Assembly: GCA_040954595.2 (NCBI GenBank)
Contig: CM082582.2
Location: forward strand, 7,008,063 to 7,072,062
Origin: Balanoglossus misakiensis
Taxonomy: Eukaryota; Animalia; Hemichordata
Reading direction: 5' to 3'
Length of the DNA: 64,000 nucleotides
Shown here: piece by piece, positions 63,139-64,000 of the stretch
Layout of the letters: each line of letters starts with the position of its first letter
How positions within the stretch are numbered: position 1 is the first letter of the stretch
Program-made: the position numbers and the translations under genes
The notes under the pieces: generated by a model
The model's database searches: none
What the model was told of the DNA's origin: nothing
The model's input: only the letters and a program-made list of their open reading frames with translations

Positions 63139-64000
63139 CTGAAACGTAAAAAAAATCAATCACAATTAACTTATGCTGGACAATATACACCCTGACCCTC
63201 TGGTGACCTATGACATCACTACAAGTTTTCTTTGGATAGCTTATAAGTAAGTTATAGGAGCAAATTGTAAAAATATGCATAATTTTTGTGAGTACTGACT
63301 GACACTTCAAATTCAAATCATGCAGCTGTGTCCAAAATATGTCTGAGATGTTTACAGTCTCATGTTCAAGGTCAGGATATGTATTCGCTTGTATGTATTG
63401 CAGTTGTTGATAAATTAATCTACACTATGCAAAAATTAGCATGATAAACTGCAAGGTCAACACAGGGCTTTCAAAGAGATGAAATAGGTGACCAGAATAA
63501 AAACCCTCAATTTATTTGGCATTAATTGTTTTCATTCTATACCACTGGCTTTTCACACCTCACTTTCTGCTGAATCTGTTTCCAGGCAAGTTATGTGTGA
63601 TGTTTCTGCTGAGCAGACTAGACACAGATACAGAGGAACTTTGGGCTTTTCAGTGGAGCTGGACAGCTGCATTCCATTCCAATGCCACTTGGACAATTTC
63701 CACAGTCTGCTTTATAGTTAGCTAAGAGGTATTCTGGTGCTTCTGGATAAATACGGATGCCATAATTTATGCAAACACACTATTCAGAAATGGAGCAGAC
63801 ACTTATATGTGGAACAATTGTGTGGGTTTTTTATGGTGGCAAAGCCACAGGCAAAGCATGAAGTGACGGTGACCAGTTACTCAGGCTATGCACGCTGAAT
63901 ACCAGACAGTTGCTGGCGTGACCTCAGGGGACCACACACATTGCTCAGCGCAGACTGAGACAGCGCCCTCTATTGCAGAGCTCAGTTGTTGCTTCCTGGG

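Overview
Eukaryotic (invertebrate-like, intron-rich) genomic window. Left to right: (1) 3' part of a perilipin-family gene (+, 1-3862). (2) A convergent 12-exon gene on the minus strand (12360->4281) for a predicted secreted 1049-aa mosaic lectin: signal peptide, 3 F-type-lectin (FTP) domains, 2 pentraxin, 2 EGF, PAN/apple. (3) A ~15-kb array of an 88-bp satellite (13747-28814). (4) Three further tandem paralogues (-; 35035->31746, 42436->40182, 48633->46384) encoding only signal peptide + 3/2/2 FTP domains; each ends at a shared +1 G that puts a stop codon inside the old splice donor, and each is followed by a few satellite monomers. (5) A complete 17-exon DNA topoisomerase I gene (-, 61490->53223) hosting two putative H/ACA snoRNAs and two TTAA-flanked MITEs. 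(6) The last exon of an RNMT-like cap methyltransferase (-). The most interesting signal is the lectin cluster. Its 10 non-canonical FTP domains differ mainly in the ligand-facing loops while adjacent introns are nearly identical. It also shows chimeric exons, satellite monomers at duplication breakpoints, a gene-less unit, and a 246-bp inversion upstream of one copy. All exon models were built by eye from GT-AG sites and phase continuity; no database searches were run.
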